Source: Pirellulales bacterium
Lineage (GTDB): Bacteria; Planctomycetota; Planctomycetia; Pirellulales; PALSA-1355
Assembly (NCBI GenBank): GCA_022844125.1
Contig: JALHMI010000014.1
Coordinates: 131,298 to 195,297, forward strand
Direction: 5' to 3'
DNA length: 64,000 nucleotides
The first letter of the stretch is position 1. The number at the start of each line of letters is the position of its first letter. The notes below the pieces were generated by a model. The model was not told the origin of the DNA. It worked only from the letters and a program-made list of their open reading frames with translations, and did no database searches. The translations under genes and the position numbers were made by a program. Positions 24,953-33,793 of this stretch are shown piece after piece.

Positions 24953-26971
24953 TTAATGGGTAGCGCCGTCGATCTCCGCTGAAAGCCACTTAACATCCTG
25001 TAGTTGCTCAAGCTCGTAAGCCGGAAACTGCAGGCGAGGCGGCGCGAAGGCGTCAAAGGCAAAAGAGTGCGTTTCAGTTCCATCAGTCGAGATGGATGCC
25101 TGATACCGGGCATTAGCCGGATCAGTAATCAACAAGTAAACGACCAATTGCCCTGATGCATTGAGGAACTGGTTAATGTCGATGTTTTGGGATGTGACGG
25201 CACCAATCTGAAGTTCAACAGCATCAAGCTCTATGGCTCGCACCAGCAGATCGACCCCTTTCGGTTGAATCTCTGGAAGGGCGAGCGCCTGTGCAAGTCT
25301 CCATGTCGCGGTTCGAACATGCTTGGTTACTGTATATTCCACCGTGATTTGTTCCGCGATTCTCGGGTCTCGCTCCAGGAGATCCGCTCGTCTGACATAG
25401 TAGACGACGCAACTATCTAGGTCGTGGGAGACGTGCCGCTCAAACGGAACTCGCGAGACGGACAAGTACTTCACGCTGAGAATTGCGGGCTCCCGATAGA
25501 TCGTTTTTGTCAGATCTGCAAGTCGTTCAAGCTCCGTGATTTCTTCATAAACCACACCTTCATGAGTGAACGTGTGTTCGCTCCCATCATTGATGCCGTC
25601 AACTGGCGTAGCGTCGAGGCGCAGGAATAGCGGGCGCGCTAGCGATGTAGTTGCCGGAGGGTTGTCGTCCCCGTTCACCACAGGCTCTCGCTCATCCGTA
25701 CTGCCTTCGTCTGGGGTGGATCCCTCGCGGACAGGAACGTCGTCACCTGTCTCGCTGTCAGAATCCCGTACGTGGATCGGCCAGCTGTTGACCTCGGCGA
25801 TAGGCTCTAAGAAGTTGGGGTGCAGATATGTCTCTGTGTGTGCGGTCTGATAGACCATGTCCACAGCTCCATCTCGCAAGACAAGCCCATCTCTTGTTCG
25901 CAGTTGCCAGGCGATGTCCACTGCTGGACCGATCCCGTAATTCGAAATCTCGAATGTTCCTGGCGTCAGGAACTCTACGAAAATGTCGGGCGTATCCCTT
26001 AGGAGTGCCCAGGGAAAACGCATGTGCTTCGTGAGTTCAAGGTCAACAGTGACGGTCCCAATGAATTGCGATCGATAGGGCGACTTATTGCGAAAGACAA
26101 CTCTCCACAGCTGGTGGTGCGTTGATCCTCGTGCCGATTGCTTGGTTTCCACCTGTGTCTGTTGTGCGACGTAGGTCGCCTCTGGACCGTGAAAAGCCGA
26201 AGGATCCGCGGTCGGTGCAGAAGGGGCGGGCGCCGCATCCTCCGCTTCAGGAAAGCCTCCCTCGGGCCGTTTCGTTGGAGCCGAGTCCTGATACTTTTCG
26301 ATTGGTGGGCGGTCGTTGAGATGAGCGGGAAAGGTGCTACTGAGGCCAAAATAGTAATCTGAGAACTGATCGAAGTATCCCAACAGATCGATGGGAGCCG
26401 TCGATATTGGTTCCGCGTGGCGATCCTGAACAATCGTCTGTGGCAACAGAACTTGCGTAGATTCCGGCTCGAGACCGCGTTGGATTCCCAAATAGAACGC
26501 CGCGATGGCACTGCCAGTTAGTAGCAGCGTGCCGATCGCTACAAAGGCATAGTGCCGAAATGTGGCCCAACGTTTCAGCCGCACTGTCCCTAGTTCAAGC
26601 TGACGCTCTAACTCAGCTAGAGACTTTTCCGCTGACTCAACAGCTTCTAGCGACATTTTAGCTTGAGGCAACTCAACTAGGCGAACGAGTTGCTTTCGGG
26701 CATCGGAAAGACTCTGGCGGAAATCGGCTCTGCGCCACCGTTCGACATTGACAATGCATCTCTCGAACCATTCTGCGACGAACAAATCGCACGTGTTGAC
26801 CAGTCGTTGATGTTCGCACGCGAGCTCAGGCGCGTTGTTGCGGATGACGCAGACGTAGCGACGTATGTCGCGTCGAGTTCGCCTGATCATCGCCGTTGCC
26901 CGCGCCACAGCAATCTGATCGTAGTTCGACTTCGCAGGACTGAGCAGGCTGAGAAGTGCTGTGTGATTCAT
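24953..26971 (-). CDS. 672-aa single-pass membrane protein, unknown domains
   Basis: N-terminal helical/coiled region, TM segment YAFVAIGTLLLTGSAIAAFYLGI, a Pro-rich linker, then a ~400-aa C-terminal region with no recognised motif. Confidence 0.7.
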   Translation of the reverse strand: MNHTALLSLLSPAKSNYDQIAVARATAMIRRTRRDIRRYVCVIRNNAPELACEHQRLVNTCDLFVAEWFERCIVNVERWRRADFRQSLSDARKQLVRLVELPQAKMSLEAVESAEKSLAELERQLELGTVRLKRWATFRHYAFVAIGTLLLTGSAIAAFYLGIQRGLEPESTQVLLPQTIVQDRHAEPISTAPIDLLGYFDQFSDYYFGLSSTFPAHLNDRPPIEKYQDSAPTKRPEGGFPEAEDAAPAPSAPTADPSAFHGPEATYVAQQTQVETKQSARGSTHHQLWRVVFRNKSPYRSQFIGTVTVDLELTKHMRFPWALLRDTPDIFVEFLTPGTFEISNYGIGPAVDIAWQLRTRDGLVLRDGAVDMVYQTAHTETYLHPNFLEPIAEVNSWPIHVRDSDSETGDDVPVREGSTPDEGSTDEREPVVNGDDNPPATTSLARPLFLRLDATPVDGINDGSEHTFTHEGVVYEEITELERLADLTKTIYREPAILSVKYLSVSRVPFERHVSHDLDSCVVYYVRRADLLERDPRIAEQITVEYTVTKHVRTATWRLAQALALPEIQPKGVDLLVRAIELDAVELQIGAVTSQNIDINQFLNASGQLVVYLLITDPANARYQASISTDGTETHSFAFDAFAPPRLQFPAYELEQLQDVKWLSAEIDGATH

Positions 26972-27001
26972 TGGAAACCGGGAGTGGTTAGTTACTCGAC
27001 C

Positions 27002-28705
27002 CTATGACTCGACTTGGTCAACGACCTCGAGTTCAATTCCTAAGACTGCCTCGAAGCCAGTATCCTCAATCGTGAATGTCCATCCGTTCTTCGCTTTTTG
27101 CATGACGTCTTTAGCATTCGGCACGAACCCTTGCTTTGCGAACTCTTCACTTGCATGAAGGAAGAGTTTCGGTTGAGCACCAAGCAATGCCCGGACGTAG
27201 TACTGCTTGTTGAAGACCACGTTGTCCGAAAATCCGATCCCAAAGGAGTCTCGCTCGCCAACGTAAAACTCAAGACGCAGTACAAGGTCACCTGACGTTA
27301 CTTCGGAAGTATCGAGCCATCCTTCCCAGATCAGCCGATCGCTGTCAGCCCAATCAAAAGCGAGCTGTGAATCAGAGAGGTCGGGAGTCTGAAATGGTCC
27401 GTAGCAGTTCTCAGCTTCCTTGCTTTGGTGAAACAGATCGAAGTCAACCTTCCGTGGCTTGATCGATACGCCAAAGAAGATTTCGCTCTTGCCAAACCAA
27501 TCAAGGCCCCGTTTGACTTTCGCCTTGACCAGCCGAAGCTTTGCTCGGACGTTGCCGCAAAAGAATCGACTTGCAACCTCAAAGGCTTCACGCGACGTCA
27601 CGAGGGAGTCCTCGCCGCCGTGACACTTATGAACGAAAGTCCGTGGGCAGCCAGGGATCTGCGCGAAGGCCTGCTTAACCAAACCGTCGCTGCGGTTGTA
27701 GGTGGGGCCATACTCTCCGTCCACCGCGAACAGGCGATTGAGAATGGACGCGAGCTTCGTACCATACGATTTGTAGTTTGTGCCCACCACAGTCAACAAG
27801 CGATGCGGCGGGAAGAACCTGCTCAGATTGCTGAACGCGGTCGGTTGGGTCTTGTTCGCTTGAAACTCGGGGCTGAAGTGGTTGAGTTCGTCGGCCGCCT
27901 CGAAGGCAAGCCACTGTCGCAAGACCTGAAACGAAATGCCTTGGTGTGGGGTACCAAGTGTGACGACCTTGTTGATGCACGTGGCGGCACTGCGACCCTG
28001 CTTGGGATAGGCCGCCTGGATTGCCTCGCGCACAATGAGCCCGCCCATTGAATGCGCGATAATGTTTACCTTCGGAGGCTGGACGGCTCCTTCAATAGTT
28101 GCCAATGCTCGGATGAACTCGATTAGGCGAGTGAGTGCCTCGCCATAGAGGCTGAGGCGTCGATCATCGAGATCGTAGTAACGGAAGACCCACAGCGTCC
28201 TTGTCGGATCTGGGCTTCTTTCCAGTAACGACAGAGCCATTCCCGGATCAACAACCAACTTGCCGCCGGAAAAGAAGTGTTTGGGGAAGGCGGCCAATCT
28301 AGGTGGGAGCGTAGTTGGGAAGTCCACGACAGGCCTTCGGTAGTATCCCACGACATTCGTCGCATCCTGATACTTCCAGCCGGACTTCAAGAACCGCAAC
28401 ACTAAGCCTTCGTAAATGTAGTTTTCGCCACGCTTTTGTGGATAGACAGTTCCGTCATTGAAGCCTTGGTAGGCAACTCTCTTTTCATCCTCGACATCGA
28501 GCCCACCAAACCCGCGGATGAGGATGATGGGCTGTGGAAGGCGAGTGGCGACGTCAGAGGTGTCGCTCAAGTAGCGATGAGTGTCGCGAGCGGGACGTAC
28601 AGCCACGATTGGAACTCCGAGAAATCTTGTCGCCCAGAAACTTGGTAGATGCAGATGGCGTGTTAGCAGCGAGGCAGCCACCGTCCCTCTACGAGCCCCC
28701 AACAC
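27002..28705 (-). CDS. lipase/esterase-like alpha/beta hydrolase (PGAP1/DUF676-like) with an unknown ~200-aa C-terminal domain
   Basis: Nucleophile elbow NIIAHSMGGLIVREA. Candidate Asp (RSDGLVKQ) and His (VHKCHGGEDSLV). GTG start. Confidence 0.75.
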   Translation of the reverse strand: MLGARRGTVAASLLTRHLHLPSFWATRFLGVPIVAVRPARDTHRYLSDTSDVATRLPQPIILIRGFGGLDVEDEKRVAYQGFNDGTVYPQKRGENYIYEGLVLRFLKSGWKYQDATNVVGYYRRPVVDFPTTLPPRLAAFPKHFFSGGKLVVDPGMALSLLERSPDPTRTLWVFRYYDLDDRRLSLYGEALTRLIEFIRALATIEGAVQPPKVNIIAHSMGGLIVREAIQAAYPKQGRSAATCINKVVTLGTPHQGISFQVLRQWLAFEAADELNHFSPEFQANKTQPTAFSNLSRFFPPHRLLTVVGTNYKSYGTKLASILNRLFAVDGEYGPTYNRSDGLVKQAFAQIPGCPRTFVHKCHGGEDSLVTSREAFEVASRFFCGNVRAKLRLVKAKVKRGLDWFGKSEIFFGVSIKPRKVDFDLFHQSKEAENCYGPFQTPDLSDSQLAFDWADSDRLIWEGWLDTSEVTSGDLVLRLEFYVGERDSFGIGFSDNVVFNKQYYVRALLGAQPKLFLHASEEFAKQGFVPNAKDVMQKAKNGWTFTIEDTGFEAVLGIELEVVDQVES

Positions 28706-28801
28706 TGTGCGAAGTTGAGCTGAACTCCTCAGGACCGCGGTCCCGCGATCAACGCGGAACTTGCCCCATCGCCCTGCCTGGGGAATCCCCTCTAATCTCG
28801 A

Positions 28802-29677
28802 TTACAAGACGACGCCGTACGCCTCTGTGAATGCCGCGGCGGCATAAGCATTCGATGCGTAAGCGAAACCCTTGTCACCCCAAGTCTTGCCCCAGCTGTT
28901 GCGGACAATAAATCGATCCGCCGTGTATCCGACAAGCGCAATTGCGTGGCCGCCACGGGTTGTAAGTGGCTGAAACAAATCGAGGTTGCCGTTGTTGGTC
29001 GACGCGTTGAACCAAGTTGCGTCGACATCGAGTCTGGTGAGGATCGGACCATTCTTGGCAATCCACGTCCGCCACTCCGACAAGTCGCGGCCAAGGTTGA
29101 AATAGCTTGCGATGCGCCGTTGCGCAGCAAGTGCATAGAACGAATTCGATGAACCCTGAAACAGCACGCCGTTCTGGAATGGCAATGATGCATCCAGAAC
29201 CACTCCAAAATTACGGCAGACGTCGAGTGCCGCTTTAAGGCTGGTGCCGTCAGACTCGATAAACGTAGTCGGGCGTGAGACAAATACATCCGTCTCCTTC
29301 GATGCCATCCAGACGTACCGCGTAGACAGTAACTCTCTCGAGGCCAGGCTTCCGGCCTTAACGAAATGCCACCTGACCACGGAGTCGGCTGTGGCCCATC
29401 CGACGCATGAGCCGGTGGCGCCCTGGTCACCTATTTCCCACCAGCTCTCACGAAGATCTTTGGCTGACGGGATTGCGGTTGCGGTGAGTAATCCCGCACT
29501 CGCTGCATCGCCGGGCGTCCAGTCGTTCTGAGGATCAGGCGATGGCAGGCAATTAAGGATGTAACGAGAGAAGTCGCCTTTGTCGGAGGCCGCTGCACTT
29601 CGCCTGACTGAAGGTCTACGTCGGACAATATCCTTGGATGGTTTCGTCGAGGAACGCGACGTTCGTGTCTTAGACAT
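28802..29677 (-). CDS. papain-family (C1) cysteine peptidase, no signal peptide
   Basis: DQGATGSCVGWATADS (catalytic Cys), GGHAIALVGY (His), VRNSWGKTWGDKGFAY (Asn-Ser-Trp-Gly). The N-terminus is basic (KTRTSRSSTKPSKDIVRRR), not a hydrophobic leader. Confidence 0.85.
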   Translation of the reverse strand: MSKTRTSRSSTKPSKDIVRRRPSVRRSAAASDKGDFSRYILNCLPSPDPQNDWTPGDAASAGLLTATAIPSAKDLRESWWEIGDQGATGSCVGWATADSVVRWHFVKAGSLASRELLSTRYVWMASKETDVFVSRPTTFIESDGTSLKAALDVCRNFGVVLDASLPFQNGVLFQGSSNSFYALAAQRRIASYFNLGRDLSEWRTWIAKNGPILTRLDVDATWFNASTNNGNLDLFQPLTTRGGHAIALVGYTADRFIVRNSWGKTWGDKGFAYASNAYAAAAFTEAYGVVL

Positions 29678-29780
29678 TTGTCAACTCGCTGATGTGGGGA
29701 TCGCTTTTCTGAAACGTCTCAGCTTAGGTACCTGCCCGTGGGATTTGGCACTGTCGCCTAAGAGTCCTGCACTCCTGACC

Positions 29781-32291
29781 CTAGTTGATATCGTTCAGGC
29801 GGGCTAACACTTCCAAGCTCAGGTAGTCCAAACCGTTGTAGACCTCAATCCCGTCGCCGCTTGGATCCAGGTCCGTGCATCGCTCCCAGCGATTACTTCT
29901 TGCCCAGGGTTTGGAATTACGATTGTCCGGGCCGCGTGCTTCCGGCATATCTGCAATCGCGGCTTTTGCAAGCGGTGCAATTGATCCGACGGGGATGTCG
30001 CCGCAGACCAGATTACGGAGCAACAGTGACCACACGTGATTGCTTGACTGCGCCGCGGGGACAAATTCTGCAACTCCAGAAATGCTTGGCTCGAACGCGA
30101 AACATTGCAGAACGATATGGCGGGTGTAGGGATGCATTTTGTCTCCCAAGGGAATGTCAATGTCTAGAGATCGCAGATCGAACCCATGTCCCGACGGATG
30201 TGCCTGCTCGAAGTGTGCACAGGGTAGATTGATCGTGTCGCCACCTGGATGGAGTGCAGTTGGATGCACACAAGGCACGTACTGCTTGTGACCCGCCGGG
30301 TGCTCCGCCGTGAGATGAACGCATGAGACCATGTGGCCGTCGTGCTTAGGCTTCAAATGGAGACACGGCGTATTCTGCTTGTGGCCACCTGAGTGCTTTG
30401 GTCCGATATGTGTGCAGGGGACCTTAACAGTGATTCCGCCAACCTTCTTCTTGTGACTTCCGTGTAGTTTGCCAATGTGCAAGCAGGGTAGGGTTACGTC
30501 GTGACCACTCGGATGCTTTGCCGTCATGTGAGCACATGGAACCTTATCACCGTCCGGGTGCACCTGGACCATGTGCGCGCAAGGTAGAGTGCCAACCAAG
30601 TCGCCATCGGGATGGGCCACCGTTAGATGAACACAGGGAATCGTATTGTCGTGTCCTCCGGGATGGGCCTGAACCATGTGAGCGCACGGAAGGTTGATGT
30701 CCGTCGTATTCCCTGGAAATAAATCGCTGAACGGTATCTTGATTCGAGGTGTTGTCATTACCGCAACCGCGGCGGGAGTCAAAGCGACGATCAGGGGGTG
30801 CGTAATTCCTACGCGGACGGTTGCTGGAATCGTGAAGCCTGGGATCTCAAATTCACCGAGATTATCATCACGAAATCGAATCGGGTCGCCTTTGATCGTG
30901 ATATCGATGCTGCTAGAGTCGAAGTACGACTTGCCCGTCGTGGCCTCAGCCATGCGACACATAAAGCCGGCGGCATATCGAAACTCCGGACCACGATGCG
31001 TGGGAATGTGATCACCATTGGGAAGCTTGATGAAGAATAGCGAGTCTCGGAGAAAATTGATGACGCGGTCACACTGAGCCTGAGCGATATTCCGATTTGA
31101 GGCGCTATTGGAATATCGAGCCACGGCCCACCATCCCACAAAAAGGCTCGCGGTTTGATCGATGCTCATCGCAGGCTGATGCTTTGGGCCACCGTCGATG
31201 AGACTCTGGCTGTCGCTCTTTATCTTCCACCCATCGGGCACGCCCCTGCGCAAGCCATCATGAACCAGGTCTCTCAGGAAGAACCCATCCTTCGACGATC
31301 CGTAGATTTCCGGAAGACCGTCAGCGTCATCAAGCTCCTGGAAGGCCGCCAAGATCCGAGTGATAACTGCCTCAGAGGCAGAGCTGTCCAGTCCTGCCTT
31401 ATCCAACACCGCTGATTCACCGGCGAACGCCAACAGCGCTTGACCCATGTGTAGAGTTTGGTCGGCGAAGTCGACACTTTCGACGTGGGCGGGATCAAAC
31501 TGGCTCGGATCTGCCTGTTCGTTCAGGTTCAGCGCGGTTGCACTCAATCCCTCGTAGAAGAAACCGTTTAAATAGCGATCGCGAATTCGTAGATACTGCT
31601 TCGAGAACAACTGTGCCGCTTGCGGTGGCAATGCGAACTTCGAGTTGCTATTTGCTTGAGGTTGCGCAGTGTCCCCGTCTGGGTGCTCGGAAACCGAGCT
31701 GGCATCCGCAGAGTATCCAGCGGCCTTGTACATTGCCTCGAAGTCGATCTGCTGATCAAGCGAGTCTCCGGTGTCCTGGGGTTCGGTTCTTGAGAACGTG
31801 TCGCCGCTAGGGTCCTTCCAGGCATCCGTCTCCAACTTCGGACCGGAATGCTCCGGTCGCACAAACGCATTCGGCTCCGCGGCAAGATCGTCGTTATCGT
31901 CAGCTTCCTCCAGTTCAGCGGATGAATTGAAAGCTGACGCGGGATCGTTTCGACCAACTTGAGAGGTAAGCTCAATGGCGGCAAATGCGAGTTTATCGGC
32001 AACGGATACGCTCGCCCCTGTTTCCATCGCGCCTGATTTGATTCGCAAGCCGGGGGACTCTGGAACTGTGCTGGAAAGTTCGCGAATACACTGCGCCAAG
32101 TGAGCTTGCTGTTCTCGCGAAAGGTCGGTACGGGCAAGTTCGTCAGCCAGTAACCGTAGGAAATGAATGTCGCCGCGCCGCATAGCCTCTTCAATCTGCG
32201 CGGCGTACGTTGTGCACACCGAGCAGATATTCTCGGACTGCGTTTGCGGAGGCGCAGCTACTAAGCAGCATAGAAGTAGGGTGGCAATCAT
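29781..32291 (-). CDS. secreted 836-aa protein with a tenfold Cys/His repeat
   Basis: Signal-peptide-like MIATLLLCCLVAAPPQTQS. An unknown ~500-aa N-terminal region is followed by ten PCxH-x4-H-x2-GH units. Confidence 0.8.
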   Translation of the reverse strand: MIATLLLCCLVAAPPQTQSENICSVCTTYAAQIEEAMRRGDIHFLRLLADELARTDLSREQQAHLAQCIRELSSTVPESPGLRIKSGAMETGASVSVADKLAFAAIELTSQVGRNDPASAFNSSAELEEADDNDDLAAEPNAFVRPEHSGPKLETDAWKDPSGDTFSRTEPQDTGDSLDQQIDFEAMYKAAGYSADASSVSEHPDGDTAQPQANSNSKFALPPQAAQLFSKQYLRIRDRYLNGFFYEGLSATALNLNEQADPSQFDPAHVESVDFADQTLHMGQALLAFAGESAVLDKAGLDSSASEAVITRILAAFQELDDADGLPEIYGSSKDGFFLRDLVHDGLRRGVPDGWKIKSDSQSLIDGGPKHQPAMSIDQTASLFVGWWAVARYSNSASNRNIAQAQCDRVINFLRDSLFFIKLPNGDHIPTHRGPEFRYAAGFMCRMAEATTGKSYFDSSSIDITIKGDPIRFRDDNLGEFEIPGFTIPATVRVGITHPLIVALTPAAVAVMTTPRIKIPFSDLFPGNTTDINLPCAHMVQAHPGGHDNTIPCVHLTVAHPDGDLVGTLPCAHMVQVHPDGDKVPCAHMTAKHPSGHDVTLPCLHIGKLHGSHKKKVGGITVKVPCTHIGPKHSGGHKQNTPCLHLKPKHDGHMVSCVHLTAEHPAGHKQYVPCVHPTALHPGGDTINLPCAHFEQAHPSGHGFDLRSLDIDIPLGDKMHPYTRHIVLQCFAFEPSISGVAEFVPAAQSSNHVWSLLLRNLVCGDIPVGSIAPLAKAAIADMPEARGPDNRNSKPWARSNRWERCTDLDPSGDGIEVYNGLDYLSLEVLARLNDIN
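30174..30689 (-). repeat. coding tandem repeat: 10 units of about 15-23 aa, consensus P-C-x-H-[MLI]-x3-H-P-x-G-H
   Basis: Units read from the translation: PCAHMVQAHPGGH, PCVHLTVAHPDGD, PCAHMVQVHPDGD, PCAHMTAKHPSGH, PCLHIGKLHGSH, PCTHIGPKHSGGH, PCLHLKPKHDGH, SCVHLTAEHPAGH, PCVHPTALHPGGD, PCAHFEQAHPSGH. Confidence 0.85.
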
Positions 32292-32343
32292 GCTAGCTGG
32301 CTCCGTGAGTCTGATTAGATATGCGACCGTGTGTGAACTGCCG

Positions 32344-33321
32344 TCATTCGGTGAGTTGCTTGCGAAGCTCGACTAGCTCTCGCTCGATCTCCTCTAGTCG
32401 ATCGAGGATTTCAGATCGGTTTCCGCTGCCGTCTGCTGATTTTGTCGCAGTTTCTGTCAAAGCGAGATTGTCGCCTTCGCCACGCAGTGTGAAGATTGCG
32501 TCGACTGGACGATGATCCGATTGCTGCTGGCTGTCGTCAAAATCGTTCTCTTCCGCGGGCTCATCACCGTCGCGCTCTAGAATTCGGGATTCGCCGCGCC
32601 AAGCGAATGGGGCGTGCGCGACAAAAACGAAGTCCAAAACCGAGTTGAAGTTGTCGTCTGCGTTCGTCTTTAGAAGTCGATCTGGTCGCAAGTAGACGAA
32701 GACGCCGTCGCGGATCAACTCGTCAAAGCCGCGGTCGCGATGTGGGAACCCGGCATCGCCCAGGTCCACGTCATAGTCAAAGTTGAAATCGCCAACTGTA
32801 ATGATTGGTAGTTCTTGGTCTTGCGCCCATTGATTAATGAGCTCCGCTTGTTGAATGCGCGTCGGATTCTGCACGCCGCCACGCTTCAGATGATTCACCA
32901 TGAACAGAAACTCTGTGCCGGATTGTCGTCCCTTTAGGCGAACAACAAGTGGCGCCCGCAATCCCGGAGTGAGCTGCACAAAGCTGAGTTCCTCGGGCTC
33001 ACCCACGCGTTCAAAGCGTGTCGTATCAAACAGGACCGCCAACCGGTCATTTCCTCCGGTCGATCCAAATACGACCTCGAAGTCCGCGTTCTCACCCTCC
33101 TCAGCCGCTGATTCCAGCGCCGAGATGGCATTCGAGGATGGCACCTCGCTAAGCCCCCAGATATCGACGCCGTCCTTGTCGGCCATTTGTCGCCTAATAA
33201 GCCGAATGCTCGATTCACCTGACTCAAGGTTCCAGCCAACTACGCGGAAGGACAGTGAGTCTTGAGCCAGGCTTAAGGACGGGCTCATGAACAGTGCAAG
33301 AAGGATGCAGAGGCGTTTCAT
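32344..33321 (-). CDS. secreted endonuclease/exonuclease/phosphatase (EEP) family protein with a C-terminal coiled coil
   Basis: Signal peptide MKRLCILLALFMSPSLSLA. EEP motifs VVGWNLE, WGLSEV, VNHLK, TVGDFNFD and SDHRPV. Tail LDRLEEIERELVELRKQL. Confidence 0.8.
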   Translation of the reverse strand: MKRLCILLALFMSPSLSLAQDSLSFRVVGWNLESGESSIRLIRRQMADKDGVDIWGLSEVPSSNAISALESAAEEGENADFEVVFGSTGGNDRLAVLFDTTRFERVGEPEELSFVQLTPGLRAPLVVRLKGRQSGTEFLFMVNHLKRGGVQNPTRIQQAELINQWAQDQELPIITVGDFNFDYDVDLGDAGFPHRDRGFDELIRDGVFVYLRPDRLLKTNADDNFNSVLDFVFVAHAPFAWRGESRILERDGDEPAEENDFDDSQQQSDHRPVDAIFTLRGEGDNLALTETATKSADGSGNRSEILDRLEEIERELVELRKQLTE

Positions 33322-33380
33322 CGGTTGATCCTGAAGCGTTAAAGGGGGGGATGAGAGTACTCATGCAACCGCGGGGCTGA

Positions 33381-33773
33381 CTACGAAGCGGCCTCAGGGT
33401 CTACGGATTGTCGGAGCAACGGCTGACCAGCGACCTCGCTCGTGCACTCGGCGCAAGGCGCGAGGGGCCGCAGGTCAGCCGTGTTCACGGGAAAGAACTG
33501 GCCCCTGCTGTCGCGGCAGAGCCACACCCTGCCATCACGAGTGAAGTCGGCTTCGACCTCAACCGGCGTGCCGCCAATCAAGGCCACATAGCGCTGGCCA
33601 CTCAGGACACGCTCCGAGTGCAGCTGACCATCCATGTCGGCCTCCGTCAGTGTGAATACGTTTGAACTGCGAGCATGAGCGAGTAGGAGCACCTGGGGGG
33701 CGTGCGTATTTGTTAAATCAACGTGACTGCCCAGAACCCGCCACGGTTGCACGAAGATTTTTCGCGAGTACAT
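33381..33773 (-). CDS. hypothetical protein
   Basis: Part of ORF 33381-33830, with ATG candidates at 33773 and 33635. The beta-rich segment RYVALIGGTPVEVEADFTRDGRVWLCRDSRGQFFPV looks protein-like. The start is uncertain. Confidence 0.35.
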   Translation of the reverse strand: MYSRKIFVQPWRVLGSHVDLTNTHAPQVLLLAHARSSNVFTLTEADMDGQLHSERVLSGQRYVALIGGTPVEVEADFTRDGRVWLCRDSRGQFFPVNTADLRPLAPCAECTSEVAGQPLLRQSVDPEAAS

Positions 33774-33793
33774 TGATCCGTCGGAGTACTTGT

